A stretch of 64,000 nucleotides of DNA, from positions 3,968,001-4,032,000 of the forward strand of contig OZ059896.1 of the NCBI GenBank assembly GCA_964057225.1, written 5' to 3'. Numbering within the stretch: the stretch's first letter is position 1; the number at the start of each line of letters is the position of its first letter. The notes under the pieces are model-generated. The model saw nothing but the letters and a program-made list of their open reading frames with translations, ran no database searches and was not told the origin of the DNA. Positions 10,201 through 25,200 of this stretch are shown here, piece after piece. Source of the stretch: Auanema rhodensis (Eukaryota > Animalia > Nematoda). The position numbers and the translations under genes were made by a program.

Positions 10201-13200
10201 TATTTTTCACGTGAAGCGAGTTACATACCAAGTGCACATCACGTGTACATTTAATTAGCATAAATTAAAGTTCACGTAAATTTCAAAGTCATGGTTACCA
10301 TGAACCAATATCAATAAAAATTTGTTTTTAGACTAGTTTGGACATGGGGAATCTAATTTTGAAAACCGCATCTATTTATCTTTCACGTGAAGCGAGTTAC
10401 ATACCAAGTGCACATCACGTGTACATTTAATTAGCATAAATTAAAGTTCACGTAAATTTCAAAGTCATGGTTACCATGAACCAATATCAATAAAAATTTG
10501 TTTTTAGACTAATATGGACATGGGGAATCTAATTTTGGGAACCGCATCTCTTTATCTTTCACGTGAAGCGAGTTACATACCAAGTACACATCACGTGTAC
10601 ATTTAATTAGCATAAATTAAAGTTCACGTAAATTTCAAAGTCATGGTTACCATGAACCAATATCAATAAAAATTTGTTTTTAGACTAATATGGACATGGG
10701 GAATCTAATTTCGAAAACCGCATCTATTTATCTTTCACGTGAAGCGAGTTACATACCAAGTGCACATCACGTGTACATTTAATTAGCATAAATTAAAGTT
10801 CACGTAAATTTCAAAGTCATGGTTACCATGAACCAATATCAATAAAAATTTGTTTGTAGATTAATATGGACATGGGGAATCTAATTTCGAAAACCGCATC
10901 TATTTATCTTTCACGTGAAGCGAGTTACATACCAAGTGCACATCACGTGTACATTAAATTAGCATAAATTAAAGTTCACGTAAATTTCAAAGTCATGGTT
11001 ACCATGAACCAATATCAATAAAAATTTGTTTTTAGACTAATTTGGACATGGGGAATTTAATTTTGAAAACCGCATCTATTTATCTTTCACGTGAAGCGAG
11101 TTACATACCAAGTGCACATCACGTGTACATTTAATTAGCATAAATTAAAGTTCACGTAAATTTCAAAGTCATGGTTACCATGAACCAATGTCAATAAAAA
11201 TTTGTTTTTAGACTAATATGGACATGGGGAATCTAATTTTGAAAACCGCATCTCTTTATTTTTCACGTGAAGCGAGTTACATACCAAGTGCACATCACGT
11301 GTACATTTAATTAGCATAAATTAAAGTTCACGTAAATTTCAAAGTCATGGTTACCATGAACCAATATCAATAAAAATTTGTTTTTAGACTAATATGGACA
11401 TGGGGAATCTAATTTCGAAAACCGCATCTATTTATCTTTCACGTGAAGAGAGTTACATACCAAGTGCACATCACGTGTACAATTAATTAGCATAAATTAA
11501 AGTTCACGTAAATTTCAAAGTCATGGTTACCATGCACCAATATCAATAAAAATTTGTTTTTAGACTAATATGGACATGGGGAATCTAATTTTGAAAACCG
11601 CATCTCTTTATCTCTCACGTGAAGCGAGTTACATACCAAGGGCACATCACGTGTACATTTAATTAGCATTAATTAAAGTTCACGTAAATTTCAAAGTCAT
11701 GGTTACCATGAACCAATATCAATAAAAATTTGTTTGTGAACTAATATGGACATGGGGAATCTAATTTTGAAAACCGCATCTCTTCATCTTTCACGTGAAG
11801 CGAGTTACATACCAAGTGCACATCACGTGTACATTTAATTAGCATAAATTAAAGTTCACGTAAATTTCAAAGTCATGGTTACCATGAACCAATGTCAATA
11901 AAAATTTGTTTTTAGACTAATATGGACATGGGGAATCTAATTTTGAAAACCGCATCTCTTTATTTTTCATGTGAAGCGAGTTACATACCAAGTGCACATC
12001 ACGTGTACATTTAATTAGCATAAATTAAAGTTCACGTAAATTTCAAAGTCATGGTTACCATGAACCAATGTCAATAAAAATTTGTTTTTAGACTAATATG
12101 GACATGGGGAATCTAATTTTGAAAACCGCATCTCTTTATTTTTCACGTGAAGCGAGTTACATACCAAGTGCACATCACGTGTACATTTAATTAGCATAAA
12201 TTAAAGTTCACGTAAATTTCAAAGTCATGGTTACCATGCACCAATATCAATAAAAATTTGTTTTTAGACTAATATGGACATGAGGAATCTAATTGTGAAA
12301 ACCGCATCTCTTTATCTTTCACGTGAAGCGAGTTACATACCAAGTGCACATCACGTGTACATTTAATTAGCATAAATTAAAGTTCACGTAAATTTCAAAG
12401 TCATGGTTACCATGAACCAATATCAATAAAAATTTGTTTTTAGACTAATATGGACATGGGGAATCTAATTTTGAAAACCGCATCTCTTTATCTTTCACGT
12501 GAAGCGAGATACATACCAAGTGCACATCACGTGTACATTAAATTAGCATAAATTAAAGTTCACGTAAATTTCAAAGTCATGGTTACCATGAACCAATATC
12601 AATAAAAATTTGTTTTTAGACTAATTTGGACATGGGGAATCTAATTTTGAAAACCGCATCTCTTCATCTTTCACGTGAAGCGAGTTACATACCAAGTGCA
12701 CATCACGTGTACATTTAATTAGCATAAATTAAAGTTCACGTAAATTTCAAAGTCATGGTTACCATGAACCAATGTCAATAAAAATTTGTTTTTAGACTAA
12801 TATGGACATGGGGAATCTAATTTTGAAAACCGCATCTCTTCATCTTTCACGTGAAGCGAGTTACATACCAAGTGCACATCACGTGTACATTTAATTAGCA
12901 TAAATTAAAGTTCACGTAAATTTCAAAGTCATGGTTACCATGAACCAATATCAATAAAAATTTGTTTTTAGACTAATATGGACATGGGGAATCTAATTTC
13001 GAAAACCGCATCTATTCATCTTTCACGTGAAGCGAGTTACATACCAAGTGCACATCACGTGTACATTTAATTAGCATAAATTAAAGTTCACGTAAATTTC
13101 AAAGTCATGGTTACCATGAACCAATATCAATAAAAATTTGTTTGTGAACTAATATGGACATGGGGAATCTAATTTTGGAAACCGCATCTCTTCATCTTTC

Positions 13201-16200
13201 ACGTGAAGCGAGTTACATACCAAGTGCACATCACGTGTACATTTAATTAGCATAAATTAAAGTTCACGTAAATTTCAAAGTCATGGTTACCATGAACCAA
13301 TATCGATAAAAAATTTGTTTTTAGACTAATATGGACATGGGGAATCTAATTTCGAAAACCGCATGTATTCATCTTTCACGTGAAGCGAGTTACATACCAA
13401 GTGCACATCACGTGTACATTTAATTAGCATAAATTAAAGTTCACGTAAATTTCAAAGTCATGGTTACCATGAACCAATATCAATAAAAATTTGTTTTTAG
13501 ACTAATATGGACATGGGGAATCTAATTTCGAAAACCGCATCTATTTATCTTTCACGTGAAGCGAGTTACATACCAAGTGCACATCACGTGTACATTAAAT
13601 TAGCATAAATTAAAGTTCACGTAAATTTCAAAGTCATGGTTACCATGAACCAATATCAATAAAAATTTGTTTTTAGACTAATTTGGACATGGGGAATTTA
13701 ATTTTGAAAACCGCATCTATTTATCTTTCACGTGAAGCGAGTTACATACCAAGTGCACATCACGTGTACATTTAATTAGCATAAATTAAAGTTCACGTAA
13801 ATTTCAAAGTCATGGTTACCATGAACCAATGTCAATAAAAATTTGTTTTTAGACTAATATGGACATGGGGAATCTAATTTTGAAAACCGCATCTCTTTAT
13901 TTTTCACGTGAAGCGAGTTACATACCAAGTGCACATCACGTGTACATTTAATTAGCATAAATTAAAGTTCACGTAAATTTCAAAGTCATGGTTACCATGA
14001 ACCAATATCAATAAAAATTTGTTTTTAGACTAATATGGACATGGGGAATCTAATTTCGAAAACCGCATCTATTTATCTTTCACGTGAAGAGAGTTACATA
14101 CCAAGTGCACATCACGTGTACAATTAATTAGCATAAATTAAAGTTCACGTAAATTTCAAAGTCATGGTTACCATGCACCAATATCAATAAAAATTTGTTT
14201 TTAGACTAATATGGACATGGGGAATCTAATTTTGAAAACCGCATCTCTTTATCTCTCACGTGAAGCGAGTTACATACCAAGGGCACATCACGTGTACATT
14301 TAATTAGCATTAATTAAAGTTCACGTAAATTTCAAAGTCATGGTTACCATGAACCAATATCAATAAAAATTTGTTTGTGAACTAATATGGACATGGGGAA
14401 TCTAATTTTGAAAACCGCATCTCTTCATCTTTCACGTGAAGCGAGTTACATACCAAGTGCACATCACGTGTACATTTAATTAGCATAAATTAAAGTTCAC
14501 GTAAATTTCAAAGTCATGGTTACCATGAACCAATATCAATAAAAATTTGTTTTTAGACTAATATGGACATGGGGAATCTAATTTTGAAAACCGCATCTCT
14601 TCATCTTTCACGTGAAGCGAGTTACATACCAAGTGCACATCACGTGTACAATTAATTAGCATAAATTAAAGTTCACGTAAATTTCAAAGTCATGGTTACC
14701 ATGCACCAATATCAATAAAAATTTGTTTTTAGACTAATATGGACATGGGGAATCTAATTTCGAAAACCGCATCTATTTATCTTTCACGTGAAGCGAGTTA
14801 CATACCAAGTGCACATCACGTGTACATTTAATTAGCATAAATTAAAGTTCACGTAAATTTCAAAGTCATGGTTACCATGAACCAATATCAATAAAAATTT
14901 GTTTGTGAACTAATATGGACATGGGGAATCTAATTTTGGAAACCGCATCTCTTCATCTTTCACGTGAAGCGAGTTACATACCAAGTGCACATCACGTGTA
15001 CAATTAATTAGCATAAATTAAAGTTCACGTAAATTTCAAAGTCATGGTTACCATGCACCAATATCAATAAAAATTTGTTTTTAGACTAATATGGACATGA
15101 GGAATCTAATTGTGAAAACCGCATCTCTTTATCTTTCACGTGAAGCGAGTTACATACCAAGTGCACATCACGTGTACATTTAATTAGCATAAATTAAAGT
15201 TCACGTAAATTTCAAAGTCATGGTTACCATGCACCAATATCAATAAAAATTTGTTTTTAGACTAATATGGACATGGGGAATCTAACTTTGAAAACCGCAT
15301 CTCTTTATCTCTCACGTGAAGCGAGTTACATACCAAGGGCACATCACGTGTACATTTAATTAGCATAAATTAAAGTTCACGTAAATTTCAAAGTCATGGT
15401 TACCATGCACCAATATCAATAAAAATTTGTTTTTAGACTAATATGGACATGGGGAATCTAATTTTGAAAACCGCATCTCTTTATCTTTCACGTGAAGCGA
15501 GTTACATACCAAGTGCACATCACGTGTACATTTAATTAGCATAAATTAAAGTTCACGTAAATTTCAAAGTCATGGTTACCATGAACCAATATCAATAAAA
15601 ATTTGTTTTTAGACTAATATGGACATGGGGAATCTAATTTTGAAAACCGCATCTCTTTATCTTTCACGTGAAGCGAGTTACATACCAAGTGCACATCACG
15701 TGTACATTTAATTAGCATTAATTAAAGTTCACGTAAATTTCAAAGTCATGGTTACCATGAACCAATATCAATAAAAATTTGTTTGTGAACTAATATGGAC
15801 ATGGGGAATCTAATTTTGAAAACCGCATCTCTTCATCTTTCACGTGAAGCGAGTTACATACCAAGTGCACATCACGTGTACATTTAATTAGCATAAATTA
15901 AAGTTCACGTAAATTTCAAAGTCATGGTTACCATGCACCAATATCAATAAAAATTTGTTTTTAGACTAATATGGACATGGGGAATCTAATTTTGAAAACC
16001 GCATCTCTTTATCTCTCACGTGAAGCGAGTTACATACCAAGGGCACATCACGTGTACATTTAATTAGCATTAATTAAAGTTCACGTAAATTTCAAAGTCA
16101 TGGTTACCATGAACCAATATCAATAAAAATTTGTTTGTGAACTAATATGGACATGGGGAATCTAATTTTGAAAACCGCATCTCTTCATCTTTCACGTGAA

Positions 16201-19200
16201 GCGAGTTACATACCAAGTGCACATCACGTGTACATTTAATTAGCATAAATTAAAGTTCACGTAAATTTCAAAGTCATGGTTACCATGAACCAATGTCAAT
16301 AAAAATTTGTTTTTAGACTAATATGGACATGGGGAATCTAATTTTGAAAACCGCATCTCTTCATTTTTCACGTGAAGCGAGTTACATACCAAGTGCACAT
16401 CACGTGTACATTTAATTAGCATAAATTAAAGTTCACGTAAATTTCAAAGTCATGGTTACCATGAACCAATATCAATAAAAATTTGTTTTTAGACTAATTT
16501 GGACATGGGGAATCTAATTTTGAAAACCGCATCTCTTCATCTTTCACGTGAAGCGAGTTACATACCAAGTGCACATCACGTGTACATTTAATTAGCATAA
16601 ATTAAAGTTCACGTAAATTTCAAAGTCATGGTTACCATGAACCAATGTCAATAAAAATTTGTTTGTGAACTAATATGGACATGGGGAATCTAATTTTGGA
16701 AACCGCATCTCTTCATCTTTCACGTGAAGCGAGTTACATACCAAGTGCACATCACGTGTACAATTAATTAGCATAAATTAAAGTTCACGTAAATTTCAAA
16801 GTCATGGTTACCATGCACCAATATCAATAAAAATTTGTTTTTAGACTAATATGGACATGGGGAATCTAATTTTGAAAACCGCATCTCTTTATCTTTCACG
16901 TGAAGCGAGTTACATACCAAGTGCACATCACGTGTACATTTAATTAGCATAAATTAAAGTTCACGTAAATTTCAAAGTCATGGTTACCATGAACCAATAT
17001 CAATAAAAATTTGTTTTTAGACTAATATGGACATGGGGAATCTAATTTTGAAAACCGCATCTCTTTATCTTTCACGTGAAGCGAGTTACATACCAAGTGC
17101 ACATCACGTGTACATTTAATTAGCATTAATTAAAGTTCACGTAAATTTCAAAGTCATGGTTACCATGAACCAATATCAATAAAAATTTGTTTGTGAACTA
17201 ATATGGACATGGGGAATCTAATTTTGAAAACCGCATCTCTTCATCTTTCACGTGAAGCGAGTTACATACCAAGTGCACATCACGTGTACATTTAATTAGC
17301 ATAAATTAAAGTTCACGTAAATTTCAAAGTCATGGTTACCATGCACCAATATCAATAAAAATTTGTTTTTAGACTAATATGGACATGGGGAATCTAATTT
17401 TGAAAACCGCATCTCTTTATCTCTCACGTGAAGCGAGTTACATACCAAGGGCACATCACGTGTACATTTAATTAGCATTAATTAAAGTTCACGTAAATTT
17501 CAAAGTCATGGTTACCATGAACCAATATCAATAAAAATTTGTTTGTGAACTAATATGGACATGGGGAATCTAATTTTGAAAACCGCATCTCTTCATCTTT
17601 CACGTGAAGCGAGTTACATACCAAGTGCACATCACGTGTACATTTAATTAGCATAAATTAAAGTTCACGTAAATTTCAAAGTCATGGTTACCATGAACCA
17701 ATGTCATTAAAAATTTGTTTTTAGACTAATATGGACATGGGGAATCTAATTTTGAAAACCGCATCTCTTTATTTTTCACGTGAAGCGAGTTACATACCAA
17801 GTGCACATCACGTGTACATTTAATTAGCATAAATTAAAGTTCACGTAAATTTCAAAGTCATGGTTACCATGAACCAATATCAATAAAAATTTGTTTTTAG
17901 ACTAATTTGGACATGGGGAATCTAATTTTGAAAACCGCATCTCTTCATCTTTCACGTGAAGCGAGTTACATACCAAGTGCACATCACGTGTACATTTAAT
18001 TAGCATAAATTAAAGTTCACGTAAATTTCAAAGTCATGGTTACCATGAACCAATGTCAATAAAAATTTGTTTGTGAACTAATATGGACATGGGGAATCTA
18101 ATTTTGGAAACCGCATCTCTTTATTTTTCACGTGAAGCGAGTTACATACCAAGTGCACATCACGTGTACATTTAATTAGCATAAATTAAAGTTCACGTAA
18201 ATTTCAAAGTCATGGTTACCATGAACCAATATCAATAAAAATTTGTTTTTAGACTAATTTGGACATGGGGAATCTAATTTCGAAAACCGCATCTATTCAT
18301 CTTTCACGTGAAGCGAGTTACATACCAAGTGCACATCACGTGTACATTTAATTAGCATAAATTAAAGTTCACGTAAATTTCAAAGTCATGGTTACCATGA
18401 ACCAATATCAATAAAAATTTGTTTTTAGACTAATTTGGACATGGGGAATCTAATTTTGAAAACCGCATCTATTTATCTTTCACGTGAAGCGAGTTACATA
18501 CCAAGTGCACATCACGTGTACATTTAATTAGCATAAATTAAAGTTCACGTAAATTTCAAAGTCATGGTTACCATGAACCAATATCAATAAAAATTTGTTT
18601 TTAGACTAATATGGACATGGGGAATCTAATTTTGAAAACCGCATCTCTTCATCTTTCACGTGAAGCGAGTTACATACCAAGTGCACATCACGTGTACAAT
18701 TAATTAGCATAAATTAAAGTTCACGTAAATTTCAAAGTCATGGTTACCATGCACCAATATCAATAAAAATTTGTTTTTAGACTAATATGGACATGGGGAA
18801 TCTAATTTCGAAAACCGCATCTATTCATCTTTCACGTGAAGCGAGTTACATACCAAGTGCACATCACGTGTACATTTAATTAGCATAAATTAAAGTTCAC
18901 GTAAATTTCAAAGTCATGGTTACCATGAACCAATGTCATTAAAAATTTGTTTTTAGACTAATATGGACATGGGGAATCTAATTTTGAAAACCGCATCTCT
19001 TTATTTTTCACGTGAAGCGAGTTACATACCAAGTGCACATCACGTGTACATTTAATTAGCATAAATTAAAGTTCACGTAAATTTCAAAGTCATGGTTACC
19101 ATGAACCAATATCAATAAAAATTTGTTTTTAGACTAATTTGGACATGGGGAATCTAATTTTGAAAACCGCATCTCTTCATCTTTCACGTGAAGCGAGTTA

Positions 19201-22200
19201 CATACCAAGTGCACATCACGTGTACATTTAATTAGCATAAATTAAAGTTCACGTAAATTTCAAAGTCATGGTTACCATGAACCAATATCAATAAAAATTT
19301 GTTTGTGAACTAATATGGACATGGGGAATCTAATTTTGAAAACCGCATCTCTTCATCTTTCACGTGAAGCGAGTTACATACCAAGTGCACATCACGTGTA
19401 CATTTAATTAGCATAAATTAAAGTTCACGTAAATTTCAAAGTCATGGTTACCATGAACCAATGTCAATAAAAATTTGTTTTTAGACTAATATGGACATGG
19501 GGAATCTAATTTTGAAAACCGCATCTCTTCATTTTTCACGTGAAGCGAGTTACATACCAAGTGCACATCACGTGTACATTTAATTAGCATAAATTAAAGT
19601 TCACGTAAATTTCAAAGTCATGGTTACCATGAACCAATATCAATAAAAATTTGTTTTTAGACTAATTTGGACATGGGGAATCTAATTTTGAAAACCGCAT
19701 CTCTTCATCTTTCACGTGAAGCGAGTTACATACCAAGTGCACATCACGTGTACATTTAATTAGCATAAATTAAAGTTCACGTAAATTTCAAAGTCATGGT
19801 TACCATGAACCAATGTCAATAAAAATTTGTTTGTGAACTAATATGGACATGGGGAATCTAATTTTGGAAACCGCATCTCTTCATCTTTCACGTGAAGCGA
19901 GTTACATACCAAGTGCACATCACGTGTACAATTAATTAGCATAAATTAAAGTTCACGTAAATTTCAAAGTCATGGTTACCATGCACCAATATCAATAAAA
20001 ATTTGTTTTTAGACTAATATGGACATGGGGAATCTAATTTTGAAAACCGCATCTCTTTATCTTTCACGTGAAGCGAGTTACATACCAAGTGCACATCACG
20101 TGTACATTTAATTAGCATAAATTAAAGTTCACGTAAATTTCAAAGTCATGGTTACCATGAACCAATATCAATAAAAATTTGTTTTTAGACTAATATGGAC
20201 ATGGGGAATCTAATTTTGAAAACCGCATCTCTTTATCTTTCACGTGAAGCGAGTTACATACCAAGTGCACATCACGTGTACATTTAATTAGCATTAATTA
20301 AAGTTCACGTAAATTTCAAAGTCATGGTTACCATGAACCAATATCAATAAAAATTTGTTTGTGAACTAATATGGACATGGGGAATCTAATTTTGAAAACC
20401 GCATCTCTTCATCTTTCACGTGAAGCGAGTTACATACCAAGTGCACATCACGTGTACATTTAATTAGCATAAATTAAAGTTCACGTAAATTTCAAAGTCA
20501 TGGTTACCATGCACCAATATCAATAAAAATTTGTTTTTAGACTAATATGGACATGGGGAATCTAATTTTGAAAACCGCATCTCTTTATCTCTCACGTGAA
20601 GCGAGTTACATACCAAGGGCACATCACGTGTACATTTAATTAGCATTAATTAAAGTTCACGTAAATTTCAAAGTCATGGTTACCATGAACCAATATCAAT
20701 AAAAATTTGTTTGTGAACTAATATGGACATGGGGAATCTAATTTTGAAAACCGCATCTCTTCATCTTTCACGTGAAGCGAGTTACATACCAAGTGCACAT
20801 CACGTGTACATTTAATTAGCATAAATTAAAGTTCACGTAAATTTCAAAGTCATGGTTACCATGAACCAATGTCATTAAAAATTTGTTTTTAGACTAATAT
20901 GGACATGGGGAATCTAATTTTGAAAACCGCATCTCTTTATTTTTCACGTGAAGCGAGTTACATACCAAGTGCACATCACGTGTACATTTAATTAGCATAA
21001 ATTAAAGTTCACGTAAATTTCAAAGTCATGGTTACCATGAACCAATATCAATAAAAATTTGTTTTTAGACTAATTTGGACATGGGGAATCTAATTTTGAA
21101 AACCGCATCTCTTCATCTTTCACGTGAAGCGAGTTACATACCAAGTGCACATCACGTGTACATTTAATTAGCATAAATTAAAGTTCACGTAAATTTCAAA
21201 GTCATGGTTACCATGAACCAATGTCAATAAAAATTTGTTTGTGAACTAATATGGACATGGGGAATCTAATTTTGGAAACCGCATCTCTTTATTTTTCACG
21301 TGAAGCGAGTTACATACCAAGTGCACATCACGTGTACATTTAATTAGCATAAATTAAAGTTCACGTAAATTTCAAAGTCATGGTTACCATGAACCAATAT
21401 CAATAAAAATTTGTTTTTAGACTAATTTGGACATGGGGAATCTAATTTCGAAAACCGCATCTATTCATCTTTCACGTGAAGCGAGTTACATACCAAGTGC
21501 ACATCACGTGTACATTTAATTAGCATAAATTAAAGTTCACGTAAATTTCAAAGTCATGGTTACCATGAACCAATATCAATAAAAATTTGTTTTTAGACTA
21601 ATTTGGACATGGGGAATCTAATTTTGAAAACCGCATCTATTTATCTTTCACGTGAAGCGAGTTACATACCAAGTGCACATCACGTGTACATTTAATTAGC
21701 ATAAATTAAAGTTCACGTAAATTTCAAAGTCATGGTTACCATGAACCAATATCAATAAAAATTTGTTTTTAGACTAATATGGACATGGGGAATCTAATTT
21801 TGAAAACCGCATCTCTTCATCTTTCACGTGAAGCGAGTTACATACCAAGTGCACATCACGTGTACAATTAATTAGCATAAATTAAAGTTCACGTAAATTT
21901 CAAAGTCATGGTTACCATGCACCAATATCAATAAAAATTTGTTTTTAGACTAATATGGACATGGGGAATCTAATTTCGAAAACCGCATCTATTCATCTTT
22001 CACGTGAAGCGAGTTACATACCAAGTGCACATCACGTGTACATTTAATTAGCATAAATTAAAGTTCACGTAAATTTCAAAGTCATGGTTACCATGAACCA
22101 ATATCAATAAAAATTTGTTTGTGAACTAATATGGACATGGGGAATCTAATTTTGGAAACCGCATCTCTTCATCTTTCACGTGAAGCGAGTTACATACCAA

Positions 22201-25200
22201 GTGCACATCACGTGTACAATTAATTAGCATTAATTAAAGTTCACGTAAATTTCAAAGTCATGGTTACCATGCACCAATATCAATAAAAATTTGTTTTTAG
22301 ACTAATATGGACATGAGGAATCTAATTGTGAAAACCGCATCTCTTTATCTTTCACGTGAAGCGAGTTACATACCAAGTGCACATCACGTGTACATTTAAT
22401 TAGCATAAATTAAAGTTCACGTAAATTTCAAAGTCATGGTTACCATGCACCAATATCAATAAAAATTTGTTTTTAGACTAATATGGACATGGGGAATCTA
22501 ATTTTGTAAACCGCATCTCTTTATCTCTCACGTGAAGCGAGTTACATACCAAGGGCACATCACGTGTACATTTAATTAGCATTAATTAAAGTTCACGTAA
22601 ATTTCAAAGTCATGGTTACCATGAACCAATATCAATAAAAATTTGTTTGTGAACTAATATGGACATGGGGAATCTAATTTTGAAAACCGCATCTCTTCAT
22701 CTTTCACGTGAAGCGAGTTACATACCAAGTGCACATCACGTGTACATTTAATTAGCATAAATTAAAGTTCACGTAAATTTCAAAGTCATGGTTACCATGA
22801 ACCAATGTCAATAAAAATTTGTTTTTAGACTAATATGGACATGGGGAATCTAATTTTGAAAACCGCATCTCTTTATTTTTCACGTGAAGCGAGTTACATA
22901 CCAAGTGCACATCACGTGTACATTTAATTAGCATAAATTAAAGTTCACGTAAATTTCAAAGTCATGGTTACCATGAACCAATATCAATAAAAATTTGTTT
23001 TTAGACTAATTTGGACATGGGGAATCTAATTTTGAAAACCGCATCTCTTCATCTTTCACGTGAAGCGAGTTACATACCAAGTGCACATCACGTGTACATT
23101 TAATTAGCATAAATTAAAGTTCACGTAAATTTCAAAGTCATGGTTACCATGAACCAATGTCAATAAAAATTTGTTTGTGAACTAATATGGACATGGGGAA
23201 TCTAATTTTGGAAACCGCATCTCTTCATCTTTCACGTGAAGCGAGTTACATACCAAGTGCACATCACGTGTACAATTAATTAGCATAAATTAAAGTTCAC
23301 GTAAATTTCAAAGTCATGGTTACCATGCACCAATATCAATAAAAATTTGTTTTTAGACTAATATGGACATGGGGAATCTAACTTTGAAAACCGCATCTCT
23401 TTATCTCTCACGTGAAGCGAGTTACATACCAAGGGCACATCACGTGTACATTTAATTAGCATAAATTAAAGTTCACGTAAATTTCAAAGTCATGGTTACC
23501 ATGCACCAATATCAATAAAAATTTGTTTTTAGACTAATATGGACATGGGGAATCTAATTTTGAAAACCGCATCTCTTTATCTCTCACGTGAAGCGAGTTA
23601 CATACCAAGTGCACATCACGTGTACAATTAATTAGCATAAATTAAAGTTCACGTAAATTTCAAAGTCATGGTTACCATGCACCAATATCAATAAAAATTT
23701 GTTTTTAGACTAATATGGACATGGGGAATCTAACTTTGAAAACCGCATCTCTTTATCTCTCACGTGAAGCGAGTTACATACCAAGGGCACATCACGTGTA
23801 CATTTAATTAGCATAAATTAAAGTTCACGTAAATTTCAAAGTCATGGTTACCATGCACCAATATCAATAAAAATTTGTTTTTAGACTAATATGGACATGG
23901 GGAATCTAATTTTGAAAACCGCATCTCTTTATCTTTCACGTGAAGCGAGTTACATACCAAGTGCACATCACGTGTACATTTAATTAGCATAAATTAAAGT
24001 TCACGTAAATTTCAAAGTTATGGTTACCATGAACCAATATCAATAAAAATTTGTTTTTAGACTAATATGGACATGGGGAATCTAATTTTGAAAACCGCAT
24101 CTCTTTATCTTTCACGTGAAGCGAGTTACATACCAAGTGCACATCACGTGTACATTTAATTAGCATTAATTAAAGTTCACGTAAATTTCAAAGTCATGGT
24201 TACCATGAACCAATATCAATAAAAATTTGTTTGTGAACTAATATGGACATGGGGAATCTAATTTTGAAAACCGCATCTCTTCATCTTTCACGTGAAGCGA
24301 GTTACATACCAAGTGCACATCACGTGTACATTTAATTAGCATAAATTAAAGTTCACGTAAATTTCAAAGTCATGGTTACCATGCACCAATATCAATAAAA
24401 ATTTGTTTTTAGACTAATATGGACATGGGGAATCTAATTTTGAAAACCGCATCTCTTTATCTCTCACGTGAAGCGAGTTACATACCAAGGGCACATCACG
24501 TGTACATTTAATTAGCATTAATTAAAGTTCACGTAAATTTCAAAGTCATGGTTACCATGAACCAATATCAATAAAAATTTGTTTGTGAACTAATATGGAC
24601 ATGGGGAATCTAATTTTGAAAACCGCATCTCTTCATCTTTCACGTGAAGCGAGTTACATACCAAGTGCACATCACGTGTACATTTAATTAGCATAAATTA
24701 AAGTTCACGTAAATTTCAAAGTCATGGTTACCATGCACCAATATCAATAAAAATTTGTTTTTAGACTAATATGGACATGGGGAATCTAATTTTGAAAACC
24801 GCATCTCTTTATCTCTCACGTGAAGCGAGTTACATACCAAGGGCACATCACGTGTACATTTAATTAGCATTAATTAAAGTTCACGTAAATTTCAAAGTCA
24901 TGGTTACCATGAACCAATATCAATAAAAATTTGTTTGTGAACTAATATGGACATGGGGAATCTAATTTTGAAAACCGCATCTCTTCATCTTTCACGTGAA
25001 GCGAGTTACATACCAAGTGCACATCACGTGTACATTTAATTAGCATAAATTAAAGTTCACGTAAATTTCAAAGTCATGGTTACCATGAACCAATGTCAAT
25101 AAAAATTTGTTTTTAGACTAATATGGACATGGGGAATCTAATTTTGAAAACCGCATCTCTTTATTTTTCACGTGAAGCGAGTTACATACCAAGTGCACAT

